64,000 nt of DNA from contig JAVHQC010000029.1 in assembly GCA_036170915.1 (NCBI GenBank), forward strand, positions 198,850 to 262,849. Direction: 5' to 3'. This DNA is from Cyanobacteria bacterium auto_48_18 (lineage in GTDB: Bacteria; Cyanobacteriota; Vampirovibrionia; Obscuribacterales; Obscuribacteraceae). This document shows positions 1 through 10,140 of the stretch, piece by piece (the first letter of the stretch is position 1; every line of letters starts with the position of its first letter). The translations under genes and the position numbers were made by a program. The notes below the pieces were generated by a model. It did no database searches and was not told the origin of the DNA. It was given only the letters and a program-made list of their open reading frames with translations.

Positions 1-14
1 AAGGCAACCCTTTA

Positions 15-1961
15 ATGAGCGAGAAAATGCAGATCAATAGTCAGGTCCTGGCCGACAGGCAGCTAATACAGGATGGCCCATTGCCTCAGAAAAGCCAAGA
101 CGCAAAAAAGAGAGATCATTCAAAAGAACAAGCGTCGTGGTGGCGCGTGATGTGTTTAACTGGTGTGGATTATTTTTCCACACTCGGTTACCAGCCTGGC
201 ATCGCCTTTCTGGCAGCCAGCATTCTTTCCCCCCTGGCAACACTGATTGTAGTTTTACTAACTTTATTCGGTGCCCTCCCTGTTTACTGGGTGGTAGCTC
301 GGGAGAGCCCGCATGGTCAGGGAAGTATTTCAATGCTGGAAAAGCTTTTTCCAGGCTGGATCGGAAAAACAGTTGTTCTGGTGCTACTCGGTTTTGCGGC
401 CACAGATTTTGTCATCACCATTACTCTCTCTGCTGCCGACGCCACCGCCCATATTCTAGAGAATCCTTTTGTTCAGCACCTTAGCTTCATTCCTCACAAT
501 CCAATATATTGCACCAGCCTGTTGCTGCTGCTTTTGGCCGGTGTTTTCCTCCTTGGTTTCCGAGAAGCCATAGGTATTTCAGCAGTTTTAGTGGTCGCTT
601 ATATCAGCCTTAGCGTCTACATCCTGGCTGTCAGCGGTCAGAAAATTTTTGCCCATCCAGAACTTATCCACCAATGGCATTTGCAACTAGATGCCAAATA
701 TATAAATCCTTTGACTATGATTGCCGCTGCTGCTCTGGTTTTTCCTAAACTTGCCTTAGGTCTCTCCGGTTTTGAAACGGGAGTTTCAGTGATGCCCCTG
801 GTCAAAGGAAAGGCAGATGATGATCCACTCCACCCGAAAGGCCGCATAGCAAACACAAGAAAGTTGCTGGTGTCTGCTGCGCTAATAATGAGTGTAATGC
901 TCATAGCCAGCAGTTTGGTCACGACTTTGCTCATTCCTGCCGAAAAGTTTGCCATAGGTGGCGAAGCTAATGGTCGAGCAATTTCTTATCTGGCGCACCT
1001 CTATATGGGTCCAACTTTTGGCACCATATATGATGTGGTGACCATCGCCATTCTCTGGTTCGCCGGTGCTTCCGCCCTGGCAGGTTTACTCACGCTCGTG
1101 CCCAGGTATCTTCCGCGATACGGCATGGCACCAGAATGGACAGCCGCCACCAGACCTCTAGTAATGTTCTTTGCTGCGGTCACGATTGGTGTGACCATCA
1201 TCTTTAAAGCCAATGTAGATGCACAAGCTGCTGCTTATGCCACCGGTGTACTGGTGCTGATGACTTCGGCGGCCACTGCCGTTACCGTAAGCATGTGGCA
1301 CAGGGCGCGTATCCTGCGCTACGGTTTCATGACTATTACAGCGATACTGCTCTATACCACCGGCGCCAATATGGTGGAAAGACCAGATGGTATTCAAATT
1401 GCCGGTTTCTTCATTGTGACTATCTTACTGATCTCGCTGTTTTCTCGAGTGGCAAGATCGCTTGAGCTGAGAATTAAGAAAGTCAGCTTTGACACCACGG
1501 CGCTCAATTTTATCAATGACCGCGTTGCCAAAGGCCCACTGAGAATCATTGCTCACAGGCCTGGTGGGGCTGCATATCCAGTTAAAATGGAAGAATTAAG
1601 AGAGACCCACGGTCTGAACATGAGCAGCGAGAATGTCATTTTCCTTGAAGTGACCGCTCTTGACCCGTCAGAGTTTGAAGATGAAGTGCTCGACGTCAGT
1701 GGCATTACAAATGGTAAATACAGAATTATGCGCTGTCAGAGCCCTGCGGTACCAAATGCCATTGCTGCTCTATTGCTGTCCATTAGAGACTCAAGCGGTG
1801 TCAATCCGCATGTATACTTTGGTTGGACTGAGGGTAGCCCCGCCATGTATGCTTTTAAATACATCTTTTTCGGAGAAGGCGAAACCGCACCGTTAACCAG
1901 AGAAATTTTGCGCAGCATTGAGAAGGATGTTAAAAAACGACCGGTGGTGCACGTCGGATGA
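15..1961 (+). CDS. APC-superfamily permease (amino acid/K+ transporter-like) with C-terminal cytoplasmic domain
   Basis: 648 aa, ~12 hydrophobic segments; TM1 '[15 protein letters not shown]' and TM6 'GLSGFETGV' helix-break motifs typical of the APC fold; ~160-aa soluble tail. Confidence 0.8.
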   Translation: MSEKMQINSQVLADRQLIQDGPLPQKSQDAKKRDHSKEQASWWRVMCLTGVDYFSTLGYQPGIAFLAASILSPLATLIVVLLTLFGALPVYWVVARESPHGQGSISMLEKLFPGWIGKTVVLVLLGFAATDFVITITLSAADATAHILENPFVQHLSFIPHNPIYCTSLLLLLLAGVFLLGFREAIGISAVLVVAYISLSVYILAVSGQKIFAHPELIHQWHLQLDAKYINPLTMIAAAALVFPKLALGLSGFETGVSVMPLVKGKADDDPLHPKGRIANTRKLLVSAALIMSVMLIASSLVTTLLIPAEKFAIGGEANGRAISYLAHLYMGPTFGTIYDVVTIAILWFAGASALAGLLTLVPRYLPRYGMAPEWTAATRPLVMFFAAVTIGVTIIFKANVDAQAAAYATGVLVLMTSAATAVTVSMWHRARILRYGFMTITAILLYTTGANMVERPDGIQIAGFFIVTILLISLFSRVARSLELRIKKVSFDTTALNFINDRVAKGPLRIIAHRPGGAAYPVKMEELRETHGLNMSSENVIFLEVTALDPSEFEDEVLDVSGITNGKYRIMRCQSPAVPNAIAALLLSIRDSSGVNPHVYFGWTEGSPAMYAFKYIFFGEGETAPLTREILRSIEKDVKKRPVVHVG

Positions 1962-1993
1962 AGAGAATGTCAGCTGTTCTGGACAATTAAACA

Positions 1994-3499
1994 ATGCAAC
2001 ACGTCTGGAAACTCTGTATCGGCATAGCAAGCGTAGTTTTAGTTACGGCTCTGATTGTGGTAGTGCGGCTCGATTTCGTTCTAGCAAACGTGTCTATGGT
2101 CTACCTGCTTGTTGTATTTCTCGTAGGTCTATATGTTGGTCGCAGCGCTGCCATTATCTCGTCGATTTTATCTTTTATTGCTATAGACTGGTTTTTCGTT
2201 GAACCAAAGTACACTCTTTCTGTACACGACTCTTCTGAATGGCTTGCCCTTTGCACGTTTCTTTTGGTTTCAACAATTACCGGTCAGCTAACATCAAGAG
2301 TAAGGTCGACAGCGGCTGAAGCAAAACAGCGGCAGACTGAAACCGAAACACTAGCTAAAGCCAGTTGGGCAGTCTCTTCTCAATTAACCACTGAAGAGGC
2401 TTTAACTGAAGTTTTAAAGCAACTGAAGCGTATCGCAGATGTAGAAGCTGCTGCCGTTGTCACATTTGATAAATTTGGCAATGTGGTTTTACGAGCTGGT
2501 ATTGGCGCCGAAGACCGCAACCGCAATGAAATTCTTATCTGTGAAATCAAGAAGCAACTTGATTCAGCACGCCTTGACCCAGCCAGCAAAACCCTGTGGA
2601 CGCCCGTTGCCAGCGGCGGTGAACAAGCAGGCGCTGTATATATAAAGCTCAGTGAGGTAACAAAAGAAACCCCAGAGCAAAAACGTTTAATTGACACGCT
2701 TGTAAATCATGCAGTGGTAATTTTACAGAGAGAAGAATTGATGAAAGAGCAATCACACGTTCAAGCTCTCAAAGAAGTAGACAAACTCAAAACAGCACTT
2801 CTATCGATGATTTCTCACGATTTCAGAAGCCCGCTAACTGGAATAAAAGCTGCGGTATCAGCGCTTTTGCAAGAACCAATTTATCAACAAAATGATACTG
2901 CAGATGCCAAATTACTTTTGCAAGGCATAGAAGACGAAGCAGACCGTATCAATCGCATGGTGGGCAATGTGCTCAATCTTTCCCGACTGGAAGCCGATGC
3001 CTGGAAACCTAATTTAGAAAGCAGTTCGCTGGCAGAGTTAATCGGTTCGGCCCTTGCCTCTTTCTCGGCCGACGACAACCGCCGCATAACAGTGCGCCTG
3101 CCGCGGGATATGGCCGACGTGATGGTCGATCAAGTACAAATTGAACAAGTGATCAAGAATCTGGTTGATAACTCCCTTAAATACTCCGATAAATCAACTC
3201 TTATAGAAATTACGGTCAATACACTCGATGACGAGTTAATAATCAGTGTAATGGACCGAGGTCTCGGCATCTCTGAAGAAGATTTGCCACTGATTTTTGA
3301 TCGTTTTTATCGCAATCAGGCGTTAAAAGAAAGCTCCACACCTGGCGCTGGTATTGGTTTGGCCATTTGCCGGTCACTAGTGGAAGCACACCACGGCCAA
3401 ATTTCAGCTCGCTCTCGCAACGGCGGAGGCGCCATATTTGAGATAAGATTGCCCGTGAAATTAAAACAACCGCTGCTTACCACCATTGACGAAGCATAA
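1994..3499 (+). CDS. KdpD-like sensor histidine kinase (DUF4118 membrane domain + GAF-like + HisKA + HATPase), lacking the N-terminal KdpD/USP domains
   Basis: Four N-terminal TMs with 'DWFFVEPKYTL'; H-box 'SHDFRSPLT'; N-box 'NLVDNSLKY'; G boxes 'DRGLG' and 'GAGIGLAIC'. Confidence 0.9.
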   Translation: MQHVWKLCIGIASVVLVTALIVVVRLDFVLANVSMVYLLVVFLVGLYVGRSAAIISSILSFIAIDWFFVEPKYTLSVHDSSEWLALCTFLLVSTITGQLTSRVRSTAAEAKQRQTETETLAKASWAVSSQLTTEEALTEVLKQLKRIADVEAAAVVTFDKFGNVVLRAGIGAEDRNRNEILICEIKKQLDSARLDPASKTLWTPVASGGEQAGAVYIKLSEVTKETPEQKRLIDTLVNHAVVILQREELMKEQSHVQALKEVDKLKTALLSMISHDFRSPLTGIKAAVSALLQEPIYQQNDTADAKLLLQGIEDEADRINRMVGNVLNLSRLEADAWKPNLESSSLAELIGSALASFSADDNRRITVRLPRDMADVMVDQVQIEQVIKNLVDNSLKYSDKSTLIEITVNTLDDELIISVMDRGLGISEEDLPLIFDRFYRNQALKESSTPGAGIGLAICRSLVEAHHGQISARSRNGGGAIFEIRLPVKLKQPLLTTIDEA

Positions 3500-4188
3500 T
3501 GAGAATTCTTGTAATCGATGACGAGCCCCAAATAAGACGAGCCTTGAAAATGGGTCTCGAAAGAAATGACTATCAAGTCGGTTTGGCTGGCAGTGGCGAG
3601 GAAGGCCTTGATAAAATGGCCACTGAACCTTTTGATCTGGTAGTTCTTGATCTTGCCATGCCGGGAATGGATGGTTTTGACGTTTGTAAACAGATCCGCA
3701 GCTGGAGCCAAATTCCGATTTTAGTACTGTCTGTACGTGACAGCGAAGAAGACAAGATTAAGGCTTTAGATTGTGGTGCCGACGACTATCTGACTAAACC
3801 ATTCGGTGTGGGCGAACTGCTGGCGCGCACAAGAGCGATCATCCGCCGTGCTAAGAGTTCAGAGGCTTCAAGTAGCTCCCCTATTTTCAACGAAGGAAAT
3901 TTACAGGTTGATTTTGACAAGAGAATTGTCACCATATCTGGTGACACAGTGCACCTGACGCCTAAAGAATATGATCTACTACAAATGATGATTAACAATA
4001 CCAACCGCGTGCTTACGCATCGGCAACTGTTAACCAAAGTTTGGGGCCTAGAATACGCTGAAGACCACCACTCTTTAAGAGTGCATGTGGCCAATCTACG
4101 CAACAAAATTGAAAGCGACCCCACCAGGCCCAAGCTGATTCAAACAGAAACTCGCATCGGTTACCGCTTTGTTTCTAGCGTTTCTTAA
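3499..4188 (+). CDS. KdpE-like OmpR-family response regulator (copy 1)
   Basis: Receiver 'LVIDDE...LDLAMP...GADDYLTKPF' plus winged helix 'LRVHVANLRNKIE...TETRIGYRF'; TAATG overlap with the kinase gene. Confidence 0.9.
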   Translation: MRILVIDDEPQIRRALKMGLERNDYQVGLAGSGEEGLDKMATEPFDLVVLDLAMPGMDGFDVCKQIRSWSQIPILVLSVRDSEEDKIKALDCGADDYLTKPFGVGELLARTRAIIRRAKSSEASSSSPIFNEGNLQVDFDKRIVTISGDTVHLTPKEYDLLQMMINNTNRVLTHRQLLTKVWGLEYAEDHHSLRVHVANLRNKIESDPTRPKLIQTETRIGYRFVSSVS

Positions 4189-4250
4189 TAGACCATCCAT
4201 TCAATATCCAAAAGATATGGCATTTCAACGTAATAGCCTTGAATTTTAAA

Positions 4251-4267
4251 TCTTGATCAAATCTTGA
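4251..4267 (+). promoter_or_regulatory. Putative KdpE-type binding site, TCTTGA-N5-TCTTGA
   Basis: TCTTGA at 4251 and 4262 (11-bp period), upstream of the 4326 gene; same motif recurs upstream of kdpF. Confidence 0.55.
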
Positions 4268-4325
4268 CCTTTATAACCTGATTTTAAGTATAGTCAATGC
4301 TTTCAAACCTCTTGGAGTGTCATTG

Positions 4326-5366
4326 ATGGGTTCAGGCAGGCAAAAGCGGGCGATAATTGCAGTACTGGCAACGTGGCCAATCACCTGTACCAATTGTTTG
4401 GCTCAAAACGCTCTACCGCTGGCTCCGCCTTTGCCCAATCCGGCAAGAACGTCACCGGCTTCCGGCCGAGCGAATAGCGTGCTGGTGCCACAACAGATTC
4501 TGCGTTCAGGCATCAACGTAAACAGTCGTGGAATTTCGGTCAACACTACACAACTGGCCTCTGAACTGAATTTGCTTAGCCCTCTCAAACGTATGCAAGA
4601 GTTGAGAAGAAAAATTAGCCAGCATTCTGGTGCCGCCACCATTGAGTCGCTCAGTGACCGGCAAGAATTACTTGAGCTGAACCAGAGAGCGCAAAATGTG
4701 CTTGTACAAACGGCTCTGGAAATTGATTTTGTTCTGGCCGAAATTGACGCTGAGCAAAATCTTTATAGTGAGGTTCTTTCAAGTTTTCAAACATCTAGAG
4801 ATAAGCTGGTGGCGCGCATTAACGCCGGCAGCTTTATACTAAACGGGGCTCTGTGGGCTGTCTGCGAAAGCCTGGCAATTCCTGCCGCCAAGTATCCCGG
4901 TTACGCCGTGCAATCAGGAATTGTTGGTATCGCTGCTGGTATCGTGCCATCGATTGCTTCGGGTTATGCGCTTAAAGCATACAGTGGCAAACACAAGCGC
5001 TCTGAAGTAGAGCCGAATATGTTGGCCAAGATTTTCGATCGACCAATCAATGAAGACATCGACTATCCCAGATCTGTCTGGACATTTCTCAACTCGGTGC
5101 CTGCCAGCGAGGCCACCACAAGAACGCGAAGAGAGCAGCTCATAGACCGGTGGGTCAGCGATAAAAATATTCCCTCATTCACAGACAAAGCATCAGCTAA
5201 AGAAATCGACATTATTACGGCTACTGTTTCGCAAAAAAAAGGCCTTTCCATCGACTATCTCACCGTTCGTCAAACTATGCTTGAACAGTTGCAAGGTGAA
5301 GTGGCAAAAATGAAGCGCATGCTCATGGAGATTGCCATGGTGATCACTGGCGAAAAAGAAGTCTAA
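4326..5366 (+). CDS. Hypothetical protein (probable signal peptide, coiled coil, central Gly/Ala hydrophobic hairpin)
   Basis: ORF of ~346 aa; GGAG at 4314 fits ATG 4326 (GTG 4317 is the alternative start). Confidence 0.75.
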   Translation: MGSGRQKRAIIAVLATWPITCTNCLAQNALPLAPPLPNPARTSPASGRANSVLVPQQILRSGINVNSRGISVNTTQLASELNLLSPLKRMQELRRKISQHSGAATIESLSDRQELLELNQRAQNVLVQTALEIDFVLAEIDAEQNLYSEVLSSFQTSRDKLVARINAGSFILNGALWAVCESLAIPAAKYPGYAVQSGIVGIAAGIVPSIASGYALKAYSGKHKRSEVEPNMLAKIFDRPINEDIDYPRSVWTFLNSVPASEATTRTRREQLIDRWVSDKNIPSFTDKASAKEIDIITATVSQKKGLSIDYLTVRQTMLEQLQGEVAKMKRMLMEIAMVITGEKEV

Positions 5367-5369
5367 TTT

Positions 5370-5418
5370 TCTTGACAAAATCTTGACGTAGATTGATGTC
5401 ATCTTGATACGTTCTTGG
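5370..5418 (+). promoter_or_regulatory. Array of five direct-repeat half-sites (putative KdpE boxes) upstream of the kdp operon
   Basis: TCTTGA 5370, TCTTGA 5381, GATTGA 5391, TCTTGA 5402, TCTTGG 5413; spacing 11/10/11/11. Confidence 0.65.
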
Positions 5419-5478
5419 CGCGGGCAGTTGTTACATAGAGGAGCACGAAGGTGTTCTTCTAATTAGCAAGGTTTCCTT

Positions 5479-5577
5479 ATGTCCGACCTGATAAGCATTT
5501 CTCTCTTTGCCATTCTATGGCTTGCGGCTTTTGGCCTGGTCTGGAGTTGTACCAAGCTTTTGGCCTTAAAACAATGA
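5479..5577 (+). CDS. Small hydrophobic peptide (32 aa) upstream of kdpF
   Basis: Manual translation MSDLISISLFAILWLAAFGLVWSCTKLLALKQ*; single TM; ATGA overlap with kdpF. Confidence 0.65.
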   Translation: MSDLISISLFAILWLAAFGLVWSCTKLLALKQ

Positions 5578-5666
5578 GCATCATTTACATAATATCCGGC
5601 CTGGTGGCAGCTGTTCTAATGGTTTATCTCCTGGCGGCTTTAGTTTTACCCGAGCGTTTTTCATGA
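5574..5666 (+). CDS. kdpF: K+-transporting ATPase subunit F
   Basis: Manual translation [31 protein letters not shown]-terminal 'YL..AL..PE.F' KdpF signature; ATGA overlap with kdpA. Confidence 0.9.
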   Translation: MSIIYIISGLVAAVLMVYLLAALVLPERFS

Positions 5667-7432
5667 TTACCTCCGACCTGTTTCAAATTGTTTTCTTTCT
5701 ACTGGTGCTAATTGGTCTGGCAATACCCCTGGGTAATTACATGGCCATGGTTTACAGCCGCAGTGATTCCGACCTCGGCAAAACCTCAATTTCCAAATTC
5801 TTCATTGCTTCTGAAAAAGCGCTGTATAAAGTATGTGGCGTTAAAGATAACGAAGAAATGGGTTGGGTAGTTTACGCCAAGGCAATGCTAGTCTTCAACG
5901 CCATCGGTATGCTCTTTACTTATGCCGTCCAAAGGCTGCAAAGTTTTTTGCCCGCCAATCCGCAAAATTTACCAGCAGTTTCGGCCGACAGTGCTTTTAA
6001 CAGCGCCGTTAGCTTTGCCAGCAATACAAACTGGCAAGGTTACAGCGGTGAGGCAACCATGAGTTATCTCACTCAAATGCTCGTCTTTACCGCGCAAAAT
6101 TTTCTCTCAGCTGCCACGGGAATGGCTGTTTTGATAGCCTTGACAAGAGCATTCACCAGGCAACAAGTAGATACCATCGGCAATTTCTTCGTTGATCTAA
6201 CTCGCTCAGTTATTTATATTCTGTTGCCTTTATCTCTGGTATTGGCTCTGGCTCTGGTATCGCAAGGCACTGTGCAAACCATGGGCCAATATTGCCAATA
6301 TACGCCTCTAGACCAAACGCTTACTGCGGCCAAGGCCGAACCGAATACCGTCTATAACATCGCCCGCGGGCCGGCAGCTTCACAAATAGCAATCAAACAA
6401 CTAGGCACTAATGGTGGTGGCTTCTTCAACGTGAACTCTAGCCACCCTCTAGAAAATCCCACACCCCTGAGCAACTTCCTTGAAATGCTGGCAATACTGT
6501 TGATACCAGCTGCTCTCTGCCAGACTTTCGGCAAGATGGTGGGCAGCACAAGAAACGGCATGGCCTTACTTGCTGCCATGGTAATCATTTTTGTCGGCTG
6601 CCTGGCAATTTGCTATATTCCGGAGCACGCAGGCAATCCAGCCTTCAAGGCTTTCGGCATTGACCTCGAGACCCGCGCCGACAACTGTGGCGGCAATATG
6701 GAAGGCAAAGAAGTACGGTTCGGCATAGTCAATTCGGCACTGTGGGCAGTGGCAACTACAGCCGCCTCTAATGGCTCAGTTAATTCAATGCATGATTCCT
6801 TTACACCACTGGCAGGGCTTGTGCCTATGCTGCTGATGCAGCTGGGTGAAGTTGTCTTCGGCGGGGTAGGTTCTGGTCTTTACGGCATGATTGTCTTTGC
6901 CGTGATCACCGTATTTATTGCTGGTTTGATGGTTGGGCGCACACCTGAATATTTGGGCAAGAAAATAGAAGCTTTTGAAATGAAAATGTCTTCGCTGGTT
7001 ATTCTCTTTCCACCGATGATGGTTTTGTTGGGAACGGCTCTGGCTGTCTGCTGCAAAGAAGGGGCGGCAGGGGTGTGCAATCCGGGCGCCCATGGCTTCA
7101 GTGAAATTCTCTATGCCTTTTCTTCGGCCGGCAATAATAATGGCAGTGCTTTTGCTGGTTTAAGCGCCAATACTCCTTTTTACAATTATTGCCTGGGCAT
7201 CGCCATGTTCGTTGGCCGCTACGCTCTGGCAGTGCCGGTTATTGCTCTAGCAGGGTCTCTGGTAACGAAAAAGAAAGTACCCACCGGCAGTGGCACCATG
7301 ACCACCGATAACTGGTTATTTGTTGTCTTGCTGATTGGCGTGGTTCTAATATTTGGTGGGCTGACATTTGTGCCCGCATTAGCTCTAGGACCCATTGTAG
7401 AACAACTTCAGATGATATTTGCAGGAAAATGA
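5663..7432 (+). CDS. kdpA: K+-transporting ATPase subunit A
   Basis: 'NTNWQGY', '[11 protein letters not shown]', '[11 protein letters not shown]', 'NNNGSAFAG' selectivity-filter motifs. Confidence 0.98.
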   Translation: MITSDLFQIVFFLLVLIGLAIPLGNYMAMVYSRSDSDLGKTSISKFFIASEKALYKVCGVKDNEEMGWVVYAKAMLVFNAIGMLFTYAVQRLQSFLPANPQNLPAVSADSAFNSAVSFASNTNWQGYSGEATMSYLTQMLVFTAQNFLSAATGMAVLIALTRAFTRQQVDTIGNFFVDLTRSVIYILLPLSLVLALALVSQGTVQTMGQYCQYTPLDQTLTAAKAEPNTVYNIARGPAASQIAIKQLGTNGGGFFNVNSSHPLENPTPLSNFLEMLAILLIPAALCQTFGKMVGSTRNGMALLAAMVIIFVGCLAICYIPEHAGNPAFKAFGIDLETRADNCGGNMEGKEVRFGIVNSALWAVATTAASNGSVNSMHDSFTPLAGLVPMLLMQLGEVVFGGVGSGLYGMIVFAVITVFIAGLMVGRTPEYLGKKIEAFEMKMSSLVILFPPMMVLLGTALAVCCKEGAAGVCNPGAHGFSEILYAFSSAGNNNGSAFAGLSANTPFYNYCLGIAMFVGRYALAVPVIALAGSLVTKKKVPTGSGTMTTDNWLFVVLLIGVVLIFGGLTFVPALALGPIVEQLQMIFAGK

Positions 7433-9522
7433 ACACAGTTAAAACCACTAATTCTCAATCAATTAATGCCCAATCGATGCTCGCATCAGGTGTTCTGACT
7501 AAGGCAATACTTGATTCTTTCGTCAAGCTAGACCCACGCATTCAGGCTCGCAATCCGGTGATGTTTGTAGTTGAGCTCGGCAGCATCATTACCACAATGC
7601 TCTTTTTTGCCGCTCTCTCAGGACAGGCCGAAGCATCACCATTCTTCATTTTCTCAATCTCACTCTGGCTGTGGTTCACTGTGCTCTTCGCCAATTTCGC
7701 TGAGTCCATGGCAGAAGGGCGAGGCAAGGCTCAAGCAGATTCACTGCGCAAATCGCGAAAACATGTCACTGCTAAAAAACTGGCAGATAGCTCGCGAAAT
7801 TCAGCGGTAAAAGTGATTTCTTCAAGTGAACTGCGCCAAGGCAATATCGTTCTAGTCGAAGCAGGCGACATCATACCCGGAGACGGAGAAGTAATTGAAG
7901 GAGTAGCATCGGTAGACGAAAGCGCCATTACAGGCGAGAGCGCTCCAGTAATTAGAGAAAGTGGTGGCGACCGCAGTGCCGTAACTGGTGGCACACGAGT
8001 TTTGTCAGACTGGTTGGTAATCAAAATAACCACAAATCCGGGCGAAACATTTCTAGACAGAATGATCTCAATGGTAGAAGGGGCGAAAAGGCAAAAGACA
8101 CCCAACGAAATTGCTTTAAATATTTTGTTAGCGGCTCTGACACTGGTGTTTCTTCTAGTCACTTTTACTCTGTATCCATTTTCAGCCTACAGTGCATCAA
8201 TTTCGCACAGCGGCCAACCAGTCACATTAACAGTGCTTGTGGCCCTACTTGTTTGTCTGATTCCCACAACAATCGGCGGCCTGCTTTCAGCCATTGGTAT
8301 CGCTGGTATGGACCGACTGATTAAGGCCAATGTAATTGCCATGTCTGGTCGAGCAGTAGAAGCTGCTGGAGATGTGGACATGCTGCTGCTGGACAAAACA
8401 GGCACAATTACCATGGGCAATCGCCAGGCCACAATGTTTGTGCCAGCGAAAGGAGTGCCCGAGCTCGAGCTGGCAGACGCCGCTCAAATTGCTTCACTGG
8501 CTGATGAAACTCCAGAGGGGCGCAGCATAGTGGTGCTGGCTAAGCAAAAGTTTGCCATTCGCGAGCGCAATATGCAAGAACTGGGTGCCTCATTTATCAA
8601 CTTTTCGGCCCAAACTAGAATCAGCGGCGTAGATTTTGACGGCCGCGAAATTCGCAAAGGGGCAGCTGACACTATCGAAGCGTACGTAGTTGACCAGGGT
8701 GGTAATTATCCTGACGAAGTACGCGAAGCGGTATCAAAAATCGCCAGAGAAGGTGGCACACCACTAGTAGTGGCAGATCGCGATCGAGTGCTTGGCACCG
8801 TGCAGTTAAAAGATATCGTTAAAGGCGGAATTAAAGAACGCTTTGCCGAGCTGCGTGCCATGGGCATCAAAACCGTCATGATCACCGGCGACAACCCACT
8901 AACAGCTGCGGCCATCGCCGCCGAAGCTGGTGTTGACGACTACCTCGCCCAGGCCACGCCAGAAGAAAAGCTCAGATTGATAAGGGAAGCCCAGGCCGGT
9001 GGCCGCCTGGTGGCTATGACCGGAGACGGCACCAATGACGCGCCGGCCCTGGCACAGGCTGATGTGGCAGTGGCAATGAATTCAGGCACCCAGGCCGCTA
9101 AAGAGGCCTGCAATATGGTCGATCTTGATTCTAATCCGACTAAGCTGATTCAAATTGTTGAAATCGGCAAGCAACTTTTGATGACGCGCGGTGCTTTGAC
9201 CACTTTTAGCATTGCCAATGACGTAGCAAAATATTTTGCCATCATACCCGCGGCTTTCGCCAGTACTTATCCAATATTGAACAAACTCAATGTTATGCAA
9301 CTGGCCAGCCCGCAAAGTGCGGTACTATCGGCGGTGATTTTCAATGCTCTGATAATTCTCTGCTTGCTGCCGCTGGCATTGCGTGGAGTGCGCTATCGTG
9401 CCGTCGGTGCGTCTATTCTGCTACGCAATAATTTGCTTGTTTACGGTCTCGGGGGCATCATTGCGCCATTTGTCGGCATAAAAATAATCGATATGCTTTT
9501 GACCGCACTCAAACTAGTTTAA
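7429..9522 (+). CDS. kdpB: K+-transporting P-type ATPase subunit B
   Basis: 'TGES', 'CLIPTTIG', 'DKTGTIT', '[11 protein letters not shown]' motifs. Confidence 0.98.
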   Translation: MNTVKTTNSQSINAQSMLASGVLTKAILDSFVKLDPRIQARNPVMFVVELGSIITTMLFFAALSGQAEASPFFIFSISLWLWFTVLFANFAESMAEGRGKAQADSLRKSRKHVTAKKLADSSRNSAVKVISSSELRQGNIVLVEAGDIIPGDGEVIEGVASVDESAITGESAPVIRESGGDRSAVTGGTRVLSDWLVIKITTNPGETFLDRMISMVEGAKRQKTPNEIALNILLAALTLVFLLVTFTLYPFSAYSASISHSGQPVTLTVLVALLVCLIPTTIGGLLSAIGIAGMDRLIKANVIAMSGRAVEAAGDVDMLLLDKTGTITMGNRQATMFVPAKGVPELELADAAQIASLADETPEGRSIVVLAKQKFAIRERNMQELGASFINFSAQTRISGVDFDGREIRKGAADTIEAYVVDQGGNYPDEVREAVSKIAREGGTPLVVADRDRVLGTVQLKDIVKGGIKERFAELRAMGIKTVMITGDNPLTAAAIAAEAGVDDYLAQATPEEKLRLIREAQAGGRLVAMTGDGTNDAPALAQADVAVAMNSGTQAAKEACNMVDLDSNPTKLIQIVEIGKQLLMTRGALTTFSIANDVAKYFAIIPAAFASTYPILNKLNVMQLASPQSAVLSAVIFNALIILCLLPLALRGVRYRAVGASILLRNNLLVYGLGGIIAPFVGIKIIDMLLTALKLV

Positions 9523-9543
9523 GAAATTTCCGAGGACAGCATC

Positions 9544-10128
9544 ATGTCAATTGTTAGACCAGCAGCTACTCTATTTGCACTAATGACGGTATTAACAGGA
9601 ATAATTTATCCACTTTCTGTCACCATCTGTGCTCAGACATTTTTTAAAGAACAGGCCGAAGGCAGCCTGATCTACCGCACTGTCGACAACAAAAACATAG
9701 TTGTAGGCTCTCGTCTTTTGGGACAAACTTTTGTAGACAACAAATATTTCTGGTCGCGCCCCTCTGCCACCAGCCCCGCTTACAATGCCGCTGCCTCTTC
9801 AGGCTCCAATCTGGGACCAACTAATCAAGACTATTTGAACGCAGTTCAGAAGCGCTGCAAAGATTGGCGCAACCAACCGGCTAATGCATTGGCCACAGAG
9901 AGTAAAATTCCCGTTGATCTGGTAACGGCGTCAGGCAGCGGCTTAGACCCTGACATCAGCCCGGCAGCAGCAAAACTGCAAATCAAACGAGTTGCCACTA
10001 CCCGCGGTCTCACAGTTGACGCGGTGACAACTCTGGTGACTCAACACACACAAGGTCGACAATTTGGATTTTTAGGTGAACCGCGCGTCAATGTGCTCGA
10101 ACTCAATCTAGCCCTCGACAAAATTTAA
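9544..10128 (+). CDS. kdpC: K+-transporting ATPase subunit C
   Basis: 'YFWSRPSA', 'SGSNLGP', 'VTASGSGLDPDIS', 'VNVLELNLALD'. Confidence 0.97.
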   Translation: MSIVRPAATLFALMTVLTGIIYPLSVTICAQTFFKEQAEGSLIYRTVDNKNIVVGSRLLGQTFVDNKYFWSRPSATSPAYNAAASSGSNLGPTNQDYLNAVQKRCKDWRNQPANALATESKIPVDLVTASGSGLDPDISPAAAKLQIKRVATTRGLTVDAVTTLVTQHTQGRQFGFLGEPRVNVLELNLALDKI

Positions 10129-10140
10129 AATGTGAAACAC

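Noticed and set aside
5367..5478. c-di-AMP (ydaO) riboswitch before the kdp operon
   Set aside because: The region is short, is occupied by direct repeats and shows no ydaO-like conserved segments
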